DNA of 64,000 bases, from positions 5,203,812-5,267,811 of the forward strand of contig NC_092675.1 in assembly GCF_964355755.1 (NCBI RefSeq), given 5' to 3'. Below the pieces are notes generated by a model. It saw only the letters and a list, made by a program, of their open reading frames with translations, ran no database searches and had not been told where the DNA came from. This document shows, piece after piece, positions 28,045 through 42,655 of the stretch (positions within the stretch are counted from its first letter, which is position 1; the number at the start of each line of letters is the position of its first letter). This stretch comes from Antedon mediterranea. Its lineage: Eukaryota; Animalia; Echinodermata. A program made the translations under genes and the position numbers.

Positions 28045-30249
28045 TCGCACATTCGTGCTTGTTTTAAAAGGGCTTATTTTACGACGCTCATTCTGCTTAA
28101 CCGCTGTCGGGAATTAAGTAGGGTTTGATTTGTTCCAAAACTTTATATTTTATAATCAATAGAAATGTTAACACCGGAGCTACCCTTTAAAATAACTATA
28201 TTATAATAAATGTTATCAGTTTAAAATGTATCTTTTTGTATTATTGAATACACCCAATTGTGCTTAAATAAATACACGCACGCATTATATTGATATTCAA
28301 CCCTAATTGATCAATCAATATTAATATTTTAATTAAAGAATGATTAAATCATTCAAAATTAATAGCTTTTAAAATCAAAATGTCATCAATCTTGTAAAAT
28401 AATCATATACATAATCTTGTTTGCGTAGGCTGTTTAAATTACTATATTAACCTTTGTAAAAGGTAATTATAATCGTCATGATCCATTGATAGTCAAAGGT
28501 CCAAGATTAAACTTTATTAACACCTTCATGCCGTGCATTTGTGTATTACTAATCAATACTAAAGACTGTCGAATATAGGTGTAGATAAAATCCTGTTAAC
28601 TATCCAATCTGCTATTAAAATTACAATAATATTTAGATTAGGCCTACAAAATGAAAAATTGAAGTAAAAAGTGCTTAGTGCGGATAAATTCAATATCAAC
28701 GAAGTTAGAATTTTTTCAGTCTTTCTACCACATTTGCCTAGAATTGATAATGTCATATTCAAAGTTCAAACAAATTATTCATACCAAAAATTCTATAGAA
28801 AATAGTGTCATCATTGTCGTAGTCATCATCATCATCAGTTACGAACCTCGTCTCGCTATCCAATATTTTACACCATTTTACTCTTATGCAGGATGGTTTG
28901 TCTATATAATTTTCAATTTCATTTTTCGTGATCCATGTAGATTTCGGTAGGCCTAACTCTTCTTACTTTGGTCTTTTTTTCTGTTGAATTCGTTTAGTGC
29001 AATATTTGCAAGAGCTTCCTTTACATATGTCATTTTGTGTTTGTTCGAATGGCAGACTGTTGGTTGGTAATTCTATTTTGCTCTCATTTTCATTAATATG
29101 AATGAATCATGCAAAAATAAGTGCATGCTTATTTCTTCCTGGTTGAACTTAACTTAATTGAACCTATCCCTGTCGCACTTCGTAAAGTAAAGTGCTACAG
29201 AGTGTGGCAGCTCAATTTCAGATACGAAGCATGTTATATTACAATGTGTGACAATTCTATTGCAAAGTGACAGATATAATATTCCAAAGCGTTACAATAT
29301 TGTATTGTAGTGTACACGCTCTATACCCTCTTTGACACCAAAACACTAAATCTTTTTAAATGTTTTTGAACACTACAGTAACACGTATCATACTGAAATG
29401 TACAAAATAATTCACTTCTTGTCATAAACGGCGTTCCATAGATAGAGGTATATTTTGTTACACCGGGAGGTTGAATTTCCATGATACTAGGGATACTAAT
29501 GCAATGACAAAACAGTAGCGTGACTTTGTTAAAGCAAAATTGCGTCACATGCGCGAGTATTCCTCGTTTTAAATGTATATTTTTCCACTATAAATTGCGT
29601 TTTAAAAGTCAGCGAACAGCACACAGAACGCTTAAAATAGGTATATTCAATTAAAGTTTTATTTCGATTTTAATTTCTTTCAATATTGTGTATAAAACTC
29701 TTCAACACCTGTACATATTGTTTCTAAAATGGATCAGTGTACTGTATAGTTTGAAATAAACGTTTTTTCTTTGTTTCTGTTCTGGGTCAAACTCTAAATC
29801 AGTATTGCCATCCATGCATGTTCTGAAACTGATTCACAGACTACATTAATATTATAATCTGTCATTGTGAATCATCGGTAAAAATGATAACGATCATAAT
29901 GCAATTATTCAAAAATAAAAAAAACTAAACGTACAAGCATTCAGCCATTCAACTTGTTTTTTTCAGCACAAATGAGTATTGATCATTTACGGTATGATTA
30001 TTTTAAGGTATGAAAATAACCATATCGCTTTATACATTTTTGTTTGAAGTTTTGTTGTGATGCCTTGATAATAATATAATGAATGTATTCATGCAGAAAA
30101 TACATTATCATTTCATTCATTCATTATGTAGACTGACTTATATTTAACAATTATTTTGTGTAAGACAACGCATAACCAACCCTCTTGAGTTGAATTATGC
30201 ACACAATTATTTTAGAAAAGTTTCATATAACTCTTAATTTGACTATAAA

Positions 30250-30361
30250 AGTTTATGTAACAAAACTATGATGTGCCCTATGATGGGCATATCACTACCA
30301 TATTTGGGCACATCACACTTTTTTTTTAGTAAAACTAGTTTGATAGTGTAGACAGAACTTA
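30250..30361. mobile_element. Copy of the 38246 MITE family
   Basis: tgatgtgccc...atcactaccatatttgggcacatcacac...actagtttgatagtgtagacagaactt. Confidence 0.75.
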
Positions 30362-33300
30362 AGACCAGAGGGTGGGGTGGGGTTGGGGCAATATGGTAAA
30401 CACCAATTTACGATATACATCATCAACATAAATGCCTACATTTATTTTTAATCAGTAATAAAACGTCTTTAGTTTCTTTTTTTTTAAACGTCTACATTTC
30501 TTTAAATTAATATCAAACAACACTAAGCATTCTGGATCAAATGATTTTCTTTCCGCAACAATAAACATAATTTCATCAAACTTTTTTTAATAGCCGACCT
30601 ATAAAATATTCCAAATCGTATGTAGGCGTATTCGAATTAAATGCTTTATAATAAAACAGACTTATGGGGACTATTAAATTACAAAAATATTAATAAATGA
30701 TGAAGTCTAAATTATCGGGGGATTTAAAGGACATTCGGATAAGAATATTTTAAACTTTTCTGAAAGTTTTAAACAAAAGTAAACGTTAATGGTTATCTAT
30801 TATAGTGTTTATCATTATGTGAGTTACATTATACCGTTTCAGATTACATTTAATGCCATGGTGGTAAGTGTGTATGAAAAAGCTGTATAATATTGTCAAA
30901 TTTAATTTAAATGTATTTCCACATATATTAAACAGTCAAACATTCAGGAAACGACTTGTCTTCAGTAAGACGAAAACAGTTTATATAACATTTTTCACTG
31001 TATACTTCACATGGTAAAGGTTGGCATATAGATTTCTAACGATAAGAAATTAAGCTGATGAAAGTCGTCAATATGTTTCTATGACCTCGTATTATAAATG
31101 ATTTCAGTTTTTATAAATAGTTTTTGCAGTCATAAGAAGTAATAAATGTAAATATATTTATTTTTCATCAGCATGATAAGCATACTGATAGACGCCCACA
31201 CTCTCACCCTCACCCCCGCCCCCTTACTATTCGAATAATGTTGCACATATGCATTACAATTATGTACACTGTCTTTACATACCTACAAGCAATACGGTAC
31301 AGCCAGGTCTCGATCAAATGCCTCTCATCTTGTTTGTCCGAGTAGGTTATCATTCATACATTACTCTATATCGCTCTCTAATATTGCCGTATGTTACCTA
31401 AAATGGCTACAAAAATTACATTCTCTTCTGTATTTCTTTAACCTCCGGTTCCTCCACAACAAGCTTGCCTTTCGTGATTCGCCTTCTTATTTTTAAATCT
31501 TTTTTTTGTCATTCTTTTATTCATTTAGCTGATCAATTTTTTAAATAATTACTGTACCATCATTTCGATTTCTTACAAGAGTAATGAAAAGCGAAAACAG
31601 AATGTTAATTTGTATATATAAATATGTGTTGATGGATTCAAACATGTACTACAAATGGAGAGAGGCATTATATACCAATAGATACAAGTTTTGGTTCTCT
31701 CTCCTTCATCTTTTTTTTGTGTAATGTATTAGGCCTATACCATATGGATAATTGTCTGAAATAAAAATTGAATTGAATTATAATAAGAAGAAAGAAGAGA
31801 ATACACTTTTTGATTGACTTGACTTAATTTGAAACTATACTTGATTTTCAGTTCAATGTTGTTTTGATAAATGTAACTAATTAATTCAATTTGTATCAAT
31901 GTATTCACACCCCTTTTTTCAAGGCAAATCTACAAATAAATTGCAATTTATGACATTTCAAAACATAATCTACAGGAAAGAATAAACATTTTTTGGCAAA
32001 CACTTTGTGACTAAATAGAGCGATTGCCAGAATCGTTTAAAGTATGTTATTTACCAGGACAGCTGGAACAACTGTCAGAGTAAGACAAGTTTTAATGTTG
32101 TTTAAACATATATGGAAAGCATGATTTGGAGAAATTGAGTCAGTTGTTATAGTATAATCTGTGTGGAGAAATATAGAGGAAGTTCCGGTTTCGACCTCCT
32201 CGGGAATGTATTCCTCGTGGGCCGAAATTCCAATGGTTATAATATAACCATTAGAATTATATATTATAAGAAACTTGTCCCGCAAGTCTGACGTAATCGT
32301 ACTTTTAACCAATCAACGACCGGAAAAGTGAAACTGTTTGTGTATACCGGTATATCACTATGTAGCCTTTTGCATTCACAGTATTCAGACCTAAATATTA
32401 CCAACATTGTCTGTCTTCATGATAAAATCCAACTTTTAACCAATCAAATGCCATGAGTCATCTGCGAATTAAAAAATATAAACTTAACCTGTTTTTCGGA
32501 TATTGTATGTGGGGGTGTCTATGCAATTAATTTTTTTTTATTAGCATCTTTGGCCACAAAATATAGGGCCTAAGCATCTTCAAGTCTTAAATTTATTATG
32601 GTATAATTATTATTAATCGTCTTTTAATAGTGTAGCCTGTCGTAATACAATAGCTGAGTAGTTTATGATGGACTACTATATTTCATCGTCATTTTTATAA
32701 TTACCATATCGATTTTACTAGCCTTTTTTAATAGTCTCAACGTCATTTGTTGAATACTCAAGACAGTGATAAACTACTAAATCTCATTGGGTTATTAGTT
32801 AACTTAGCCCCCTCCACCCACCCACTATAATCGTATGTTCATCTACTCGACTTATGGGAATAAAATATTAATAAATCATCTATCAAAACATAAGTACTAT
32901 AGAGGCCTTGTGCTGGTAGTTAGTTTTAAAAGAAAGTATGTACAGAATAATGGCATTTCATTGTAAATGCGAATTGATATGCTGTATAGTATTAAGGGCA
33001 CTTAGAGACCGCAAACCTTCGCCTGCATATGAACATGTAATGCCGTGTGTTCCCATATAGTTATGAAACCATCCTTTAAAATCTTATGAAAATCGGACAA
33101 TAACTTTTTGAGTAATCATGCTAACTAAGAAATATAAACAAACGCGATCGACCACACAAATTCTCTCGCCATTCTGGAGGGGGAAATAAAAAAAAATATT
33201 ATAATTTTTAAAAATAACAATAATATCTAAATTAACATTATTCAATTAATGAATATAAACAAACACATTATTAAAATGGAATTAATATTGTATAATTGCA

Positions 33301-34025
33301 TAGGTCAAAGACAAACATGAACAGATCAAAATATGAACACGATTAATAAAAGATAACAAGCGCGTATAAAAGTCGCACTGTTATTATTTTTGTTTTTATT
33401 TATTGTTTGTAAATTATATATCTTTGTATCCTCATAAGTGGTGAATTTTAGAAGTTGTGTTTTACCTAACATCCACCTGTCTCTTTCTATATTTATCATT
33501 AATAAATTAGTTTCAAATGCTTCCGTTTTGACTTATTTAGTTTCTTTAAGCGTAGGTGGCATAATCAAGCAGGTTACTCTGATTAGGGCGAGTGAGTTTT
33601 ATGCGTCATGCCTCCAAGTTGATTGATAGATACGTGTAGTTTAGACCCCAGAGCACGATGCCGATTCACAAATAAAATCATTCGAATTTATATTGGATCA
33701 CGAAATGCATGATGACGATTGATGGCGTTATCAACACACTAACATTACAGATAGCCTATCAGTCATCAGCTTCAATCAAATCAAAATATGAATTACAATT
33801 ATTAGAATGTGATACTATTTTATAAGCAGTTGTGGTAAAATATCAAATATATTTAAAAATATTGTAAACCCGTCTTCAAAATTTTCAAATGTACGGTAAG
33901 TAAATTAACAAAAACCGATACTGTTATTTTGGTTGCATTAATTAATAATTTTATTTATCAGTATGTTTTACAGTTATCATAATATCAGTAGTGCATATTT
34001 GGTACTATAGTTAGTTAGTTAGTAT

Positions 34026-34187
34026 ACAAATAATGAATGTTTATGAGTGCAATGGTACAAATAATGGCACGAGGTGAATGATGAAAGGTTATATCAACGA
34101 GGCAACGCCGAGTTGATATAACCTTTCATCATTCACCAAGTGCCATTATTTGTACCATTACACGAATACAAAACATTCATTATTTGT
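34026..34187. repeat. Long near-perfect palindrome (arms about 75 bp)
   Basis: ...aatggtacaaataatggcacgaggtgaatgatgaaaggttatatcaac-gaggcaacgccga-gttgatataacctttcatcattcaccaagtgccattatttgtaccatt... Confidence 0.92.
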
Positions 34188-34346
34188 TTTATATAACATC
34201 TAGACGTTTTTTTTTTCGTACACAAAAATGTTTCAAAAAGTACTATTTAACGATCGTTGAATAGTGCGTACTATTGCACGCCATGTGACCCACATTCGTC
34301 CAATCAAATGACAGGAATTTATATAGGTGTTATATAATTATGGATA

Positions 34347-34465
34347 AACAAGGCTATATACATGGCTGCAGTCGCGTGCGCAAATTTGAGTTAGTGTTTA
34401 CCGACCGACCGACAACCAACTTACTGACATAGTGAGCTATGAGTCGCGTTGCACGCAACTAAAAA
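34347..34465. mobile_element. Short DINE-1/HINE-like element; second copy at about 47799-47898
   Basis: atatacatggctgcagtcgcgtg...(accg)n...gcacgc(g/a)actaaaa: inverted agtcgcgtg/cacgcgact motifs around a microsatellite, in two copies. Confidence 0.65.
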
Positions 34466-37400
34466 CTTTACATTTGGAAAATATCATCATTACATGCGAA
34501 CAAATAATTTAAAAAAATAAATAAATATTAAAAATAAAAGGTTGAAAAACTATATAATCTCTGTATAACAGTTCTCGATCGCGTACGATAGTTGACCTTA
34601 TGTTATGCGTACATGACGAGAATTGAAGTCTGGCCCGATTACAACGTTTCGTAATAAAAAAACAATTAAGCATTAATTAAATCGGATACTATATAAATAA
34701 ACAGCGGAAATTATCAATCTTATACAATTTATTATAGAGTTTTATTGTGGTGTGAAAATCATTGATGATCGAAGCTGTATGTAAAATATTGAGAAACAGA
34801 TAGAATTGAAATTATGAATAATCATTCGTCCTAGTGTGAACCAACCTTAAGAATATATTGAACTATGATATCATGTCTTGAAAGGTCCATGCAATTGGTT
34901 GATATATTAACTTTTTATACGTGTCAAGTGGATAACATCCGCAATCCGTATCAGGTCAGCCAAATGGCTATGAGCATTGTGGCAGATTTCATACGGTTGC
35001 ATTATGAAAGATCAGAAATTTACTTGTACTTGATTGGAAGAAACTTTTACGTCATGTCTTACATCTAAGATATGGTAAGCCGTGTCTGCCTCGGACAATA
35101 ATGAATTGCGATACGTAAAAGGCGTTTAACATTATGATTCTGTTTTTATTAAAATATTAATGTATCTTTCACATCATTCAACTGATTTAAAACAGACATA
35201 CGTCTCATCAGCCATAGTGGTACGCCTTAACAACCACACCCGAAAGTCAGATCCATGGGTTGTATATATCAAAATGATTATTGTGACCTATTAAACGACC
35301 AGAAAGTTCATATAAGCTATTATTGTAGACTTCATTGTCGGCTGAAAGATGGCTTAGTTCACAATATTCAACACTAAAGAAATCGCAGTGTCATCGGATT
35401 GGCATAATGACATTATTTTAATGTTTCTAATCTCTCTTAACAGTCACATTCAGGTCACGGTCCCTAATTTAGGAAATGAAATGCCGATTCTAAGTGTCGT
35501 ATATGTTGTAATAGGCTAGGAAGACAGATCCGAACACAAAATTCTCACAACAACAACGGATAGTTATATTATCAATAACTATAGCCTATGTAAATTGTTT
35601 TCATGAGAGTGCAGTTAACCATTTGAACAGATATTAGTAATTTTAAAAAAACGTAAACGTGTCCACATTTACAATTCTACCTTTCCCTTTTACTGGTCTT
35701 GGTTTTAAAAATATAAGCACATTTAGATGCAAACTTAATTATTTCGTTTATTACCGTAGGCCTTACACACATTTTTTATGAGAAAGTAGGGATATAAAAC
35801 GAAGCGTAACAACAAATTAACAGAAAGTTTTAGTTGTCAATATCATTACCGTAATGATGCATGCATTTTTAAAGCAATATATATTATTATTTACAACACA
35901 ATGGAAATATAATAATTCATTTTAACATTATAGTCGTATGGAGATAAAAGGTAATGTGGCTTGGCCTATTATTTGAAATTCAGGTAGGAGGCCTGAATCA
36001 GGTTTAAACTGTTAAAATCTGTTAAAATTGCTATATAGAATGTTGATCAAATAAATTAAATTAAGGGCTGTTTCTGTAATTTTAAAACCGTAGGTCTAAC
36101 AGCAAACAGAAATGTGTTGTTAATAACCCTTAAGGTATACACGCCTTCTGAAATTAAAGTTAAAAACTACCGGCAGATATTGCACGCTATCAATAGTAAT
36201 CCCTCGAATTATATCGAGGTTAATGACTGCGACTAAAGAGACAATATCTATAACCCTCATAAGTGAACATTGTCTGACCTGTATAATAAGTAATGATGTA
36301 TCATGTCGAAACACATCTAGGAACATTGCCATCATCGTGTGCGTTTCACCGACTAATGTGTTTTAACTAGAGCTTACAGATGTGTAAACCGGTCAACGAC
36401 GTGAGAGTTAGGTTTTAAAATCACGTTTTGTCATTCACAAGAAGCGTTTTACTTTACAATGTTTCTAAGATTCATAATTAAATCACATTATTTTGAATAA
36501 AAAATGTTGTAGTAAACTAATCTAAAATGTTTTATACGACATCCGCAGTTGTTTTTATAATGCAATTATTGCATGTTGAAAAGAAATGGAAATTCATGCA
36601 TGCAACATAGACCTACATACTGCAACCTGCCCTATAAACTATGCACTTATAGAATGAATATGAAGGCATAATTGTATGTCTATAGAAGCAGATGTTTTGA
36701 ATCTTACGTCTATCTAAATAATGTATATCTTTACCGTTTTTCCTAAATACCATTATAAGGCCTTCCTGGAAATTGACTATTTATTGGAGTGTACGCCTTA
36801 TGACGGAGAAAGATGATTTTCTGTTGGACTTCTCTTGATAATGAGTGTGCATTTTGTTTTCTGAATCAGACTAATACACGTAAACTCATATCTAGATGAC
36901 TTTCAATAGTCAGTTAACATCTACCAAGTGAACGTTGCAGAATCGTAGTTGCCTATAAATGTACCGAACAATTTGAAAGTATAACTTGTTCCATTCATGA
37001 ATGCATGCTGGTTCAACGTTATTGAAGATGGATTTGCTATGTTATGCTTACCGAATTAAACTGTCATACCTCTGTCATCTCTGGGCAGATGTCCCCTTCA
37101 CTATTTGGTTCCGCTCCTATGGTATAGGCATGCAGTGTTACAATTTCATGCTCTACTTTACGCTTTGAAACCTGTCATATAAATACAGTCGATGTGTATA
37201 TATGACTGCTGAGATACAAACATGTAGTAGACTTAGTTTCGGATTACTTTATATTTCAATATTACAGTAAAAATATGAATGTCAATGTCAAATGCAAGTT
37301 TAAAAAGTAATTTTATTTGCTGGTTGCTCGCACATTTTGTAAAAGAAAAATATAATTAAAGGAAACGACGATAATTATCATACTAGTTCAGGAAATAACC

Positions 37401-38245
37401 CAGTGTGAGACTATTAGGCATATGTTACTCTATGCACACCTAAACAAAATTGGTACACGAATGGAATGAGTCTATATTTGCTTATCCGATGATGTTTTGC
37501 GCCCAAATAGTGCAATGGCGTTAAGAAGACAAATTTACACATACCGCGTATCTATCCTGTGCGGAAACCGCCTGTCCGCTCCGCGTTGTGTGTGAATGGT
37601 CATAAGTAATAACATAGATTCTATATTATTATTACTGTTACCGCTCGTCTGTGTAAATTCGCGTTTTGCTGGCACGAGTTAAAAACCACAATCATGAATA
37701 TCATGCAAATGTCGAATTTTGCACTTGGTGTTTAATTTTTTTTTAAATACAGTCACCCAAGGGCAAACTGATGGTTCTTGTGTCACGTTTATTCGCATAG
37801 GGAGTTTATGTTTTGTGTTCTTTACAACACGTTTCATTAGTCACACTCGTACTCTAGCCTGTCCAGAACCATAAATTCAAGTTGACTAAAACGCGCAAAT
37901 TGGCTGCTGTCCTATTATATGGTTAAATTATGATATAATCATTACTGTATGTACGTTTTGCCTTTAGGACACATAACATTTATATAATTCAAGGTAATAA
38001 AATCAATTGTTCGAATATTGTACTGATTATGTTAACCTTCAGCAATTCGTCAATGTTGAATACCGTACCATAGTATATGACAACCAACATTAAATTCAAC
38101 AGTATTGCCTTATGTGATGAAATTGATCAACGATGTATGAATAAAAAATGATACGGTAATTCTTTGAATCATTGTTTCAATGTAAGCTAGACCCATGACT
38201 TTTTGCAGTGTTGTTGGGTAATGGATTATAACTATATGTACAATA

Positions 38246-38595
38246 AAGCTCTGTCTACTAATCTATCAAACTTTGTGTGACAAAAAATGTGATGTGCCCA
38301 TATATGGACATGGTGATGTCATATGACTACCATGTTTGGGCATATCACAACCATATTTGGGCACATCACGCTTTTTTTGTCAAACTAGTTTGATAGTGTA
38401 GACAAAGCTTTTGAAAATATTACAAACATCCAGGTGACAATGTTAAACTTTATGTGACAAAAAAAAATGTGATGTTCCCATACATGGACATGATGATGTC
38501 ATATCACTACCATATTAGGGAATATCATTGCCATATTTGGGCACATCACACTTTTTTTGTCAAACTCCTAGTTTGATAGTGTAGACATAGCTTTA
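38246..38595. mobile_element. Two adjacent copies of an about 150-bp MITE (TIR aagctctgtctacactatcaaact)
   Basis: Both copies end agtttgatagtgtagaca(a/t)agctt. Related pieces at about 30250-30361, 535-590 (inverted) and 48736-48760. Confidence 0.8.
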
Positions 38596-39112
38596 CACTT
38601 CTTAGCCTTATGTGGGCAAAGGCCACTAGTTATTATCATACACAACCTTTATTTTTATGTTCAAATTTGGTAAATAATAAATGTTATTATTTTCTAAACA
38701 TTATAATAAGAAGCTAATGCATGAACATGTGTGAAAATTAATAATTAAATGCAAGGTAGAGTCTGAAATGTAAGTAGATACTTGTAATACGAATTATAAT
38801 TGTAAATGGGATTTCATCATTATTTGTTAGTAGAATGTTGGTCCATTATTTGTCGAATCGTGGGTTATTTGTAAATGGACGAATGCTAATTTATAGGGCT
38901 GCAATTATAAACTGTTAGTTGAATGATTAAAATGCAAGAAATATTGTATTATTAATACTGTACTTTCTTAAATCAATTCAATTTAATTTATTTCCACAAT
39001 ATACAATAACATACAGGATAATAAATACAATGTAAGTAATCATGTGGTCATATTTAAGTCAGAAACACTTTAGGTTTGACCCACCCAAGATATAACATTA
39101 AATACGAATACG

Positions 39113-40540
39113 ATGTATTATATTAAAAAAATATGTGATGTTAATGTTTTACTTAATATGTCATGTTATAACATTATTGATGTTAATTCTGATAAAATTC
39201 CACTGTTTTACAAAAATATGATAAAAGCCTACATAAATTATAACAGAATCTCTAAAAAAAAACCTGAAACTTATAACGATATAATGAATGAGCAACTGTG
39301 GGGAAACCACTACGTTAAACTAAAAAAAAAACGCTTTTCTACAAGCATTGGATTGACAGTGGCATTATCAGTATTAAAGACATTGTTAATAAGAACACTT
39401 TTTTAACATCAAACGAAATACTGGTGAAACTACAATGTAAAACAAACTGGTTAAATGAGTATTTGTGCATTATTAAGGCAATACCAATTCAATGGAAACG
39501 TATTATTAAGGAGGTAGATATTTTCAATTGTGATGATAATGATGAATTAGTTGGGACCAAGTATGAGATTAATACTACCAAACTAATATACTCATGGTTT
39601 GTGAAAGAATATTTCATTATTCCAATGTCACAACTAAAATGGGAAGAGTACTTCAATGATAACAACATTGATTGGAAAACTTCTTGGTTACGGAAAGTAT
39701 GTAAAATGAAAGATAAGAAACTAGCACAATTCAATTATAAGATGTTACATAGAATACTGCCTACCAACAAACGGCTGTATCAGTGGAAAATTAAGGAAAC
39801 ACAAACGTGTGACAAATGTGGAGAAATTGAAAATGAAAATCATTTGTTTTTTAGTTGTAGATTTATTCAGAAATATTGGAGGAAAATGCTTAGTATCTTT
39901 GTAAGTTTAAATCACAATAATATATCATTTAAACAATTAATACTAGGAACGGGAGATAAGCTAATAGATTATATTTACACTTTTGCAGCATTTACTATTT
40001 ATAGAATAAAAATGTTATCTGCACTAAATAAGCCAGTGGGTAAATCTTTATGGAATTCATTTAAAAGCAATATGTTATATAACATTGAATGTGAAACATA
40101 TAACAATAAAGAAACAAGTATAGAAAAATGGGTAGCTTTAAGAAATAAGATTATGATAATATAATTTCTAATTTGATACGATTAACCGAAAAGGAATTAC
40201 AGTGATACGGGTTACTGGTGGTACTGAGCTATTATTATTGGTTTTTTTTATCATGTATATAAATATATTGTATAATCCGGGTTGTAAAATGAAAACAAAC
40301 AAATGAAAATGTGTGAACTATTTTAAAACGGGATAGATGATAATGATGATCCTGTCAAGTGTATAACAAAATATAAGAAAATTAATGAAAAAAGGAGTAA
40401 TACAGAATTCATATATGTAAAAATGTTACTTATGAACTGTAACGACATTTACAAGTTAAATAATACGATTTTATGTAATATGAGATAATATGAATGTGAA
40501 TAAAAGTGGTGTTTGCGCCACAAAAGAGAAAAAAAAAAAT
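39113..40540 (+). mobile_element. 5'-truncated non-LTR retrotransposon (L1/Tx1-like): ORF2 C-terminus with zf-RVT, 3'UTR and A-tail
   Basis: EQLWGN...LFYKHWIDSGIISIKDI...FNYKMLHRILPTNKRL...CDKCGEIENENHLFFSC. One frameshift in the A-run at about 39322-39331 joins the two ORFs. AATAAA followed by an A-rich tail at about 40500-40540. Confidence 0.88.
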
Positions 40541-42365
40541 ACGAATACGAAAAAAAAAATTAACTAATAATGAATAAAAGAAAACAAAGATACAATTTCT
40601 ATTTAATATTTGATCGTGAAGGTAAAATGAGTTTACAGCGGCACGCGTGAGTACAAGACACGTTTTGTGAGTGGACAACGGCAAAAGGCGCCGTGATCAG
40701 TGAAGCATAAAAATTATCAAATGTTGCGTTAAACATTTCACTTTTGTTTTACAAGCTAGTAAATTATATCATTTGTTGCGTTTATGACAACAGATTGGGC
40801 TTATAGTGTGCGGTTGGTTAGCTGCTCAAAATTGGCAGGCAATTTAGCACAGACTTAGAAATAACCTTGGTAGGCCTTTTGTCACGGATAAGAGAACATG
40901 GGTTTGGGCCAAAAAACAAGATATTTCCACCAACAAACATATCTGAAAGGGGGTGTTTCCAAAATCGGATGAAAACGTTCATGGTCACACACTCTATCAA
41001 TAAATGTATCATAAGATTAAGCGTACACATGATTATTTCTTCAGTAACTGCACTTTTTTTTTCATCAGAATCCTACTTATCTTTCAATTTGTTTTATTGC
41101 TTTTAATATCATTTCTACTGTGTTGCTTGTAATCTTTTTCTTTTACTTTTTCTTGTAATGTAGGCCTATTGCTATTGAAATTATTTTGACCAAAATGAGT
41201 GAATACATGAGAATCTACAGTCTCTTACTATTGACTACAGTATAGCTGGTCCCTCACTAAACATTGCAAAATACGTTATGTTGTTAGTTGTCTGCCTGGG
41301 TGTTTAGTATACTCTAGCGTCCTACCAAGCCAAGACTATTGCGAGAATCGGCTGATAATATTAGGAAACGACTCGGTACTTTCTCTATAATTTATCCACT
41401 AATCATAGGCAAATTCTATATTACAGTGTCACTATAGGCCTACAATTTACATTTTATATTACCAAGCTTTCAACCGATTTCTGTTAAAGCAACTCAAAGC
41501 TTAGACTTCCCCCAATTCTCAAGTGGCCTGTATTTTTTAATTTTTGTTTACCAATATTAAGCTCTGAATCGCCGTCTCTAAAACCTAGACGAATAATTGT
41601 ACTCGAAGCTATACGTCACATAAACGGTAAATTGCGCAAGAGTCACGCAATCCTGCTTGCTGGAAAAAACGAAAGGAAATACAGCAAATCAACTAAGTGA
41701 AAAGTAAATTAATTGAACCCTGGGAATACTATCCTACACTGTATTACAGTACTACAAGTGTGATACGTACATTCAGCAAGTCATTCAATATTGTATATAT
41801 ATACGATCATTGTGAAGTTTTAAACATAATGCGATAAGAATATTGAATTCGATATAGGCCTACAGATAGAAAAAAGTACCGGTTCTCTAATTTTATTTTC
41901 CCCTAAAATATATATCTGTAAATATCATAATTATATTATATTATTAAGACTAAATTAATAACAGAACCGCATGCGTAATGACGTAATAATTAAATTGGCT
42001 CATATAAACACTCTACCAACAATGTCGAACCTCTTCAAACCAAATCTAATTAAGCACACTTATTGTATATTTTTTTAAAGTTGATATAGACTCTATGTAT
42101 ATTGCTCGTTCCCAATTCAAGGTGTCATAGACAAGAAACAAGAATGATATGCCCATCCGGTTAACTGTTATCCGCTCTTTTTAATGTTGATGATATAGGC
42201 CTAAAACTATCTGTGAATTTGCGTGGATTTTTCTCAAGGTATTTTCTTCGTGTCATTTCTGTGAAACGAGTATGGATGGATGACAGTTTTCAATGTGACC
42301 AGGTCCATGATGTGACATTTTATCATATTTAATTTGTTGACTGAATAAGAAACAAAAACAGCTTC

Positions 42366-42655
42366 AGTGAGTGAGTGGCCGAATGGTTAAGACAGTGGAA
42401 CCGTAATTACGTAGCCATAACATCGGCAGGGGTTCGAGACTCACTCACTCCATGGTTCTGGTAGTAGAACGAGTCTTCTCGGATAAGGACTATAAACCGT
42501 AGGCCCAGTGTACACATCTAGTTCGTGTGCACTTTAAGGAACCTAGTACATCTTTCGAGACGAGTAGGGGGTTACCCCGGTGTATTAGTACATCACAGCC
42601 ACTGATCACCAACTGGGCCCTCTGGGAGACCAGTCCTTGACTGAAGAGGTTACGT
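42366..42655 (+). mobile_element. tRNA-derived SINE with a Deu/Nin-like central domain
   Basis: A box TGGCCGAATGG and B box GGTTCGAGAC, with paired gtgagtgagt/actcactcac ends. The body ggataaggactataaaccgtaggccc...tttcgagacgagtagggggttaccccggtgt resembles the DeuSINE core as recalled. Confidence 0.8.

Noticed and set aside
42366-42450. Functional tRNA gene
   Set aside because: There is no canonical anticodon arm, and the sequence continues into a SINE body.
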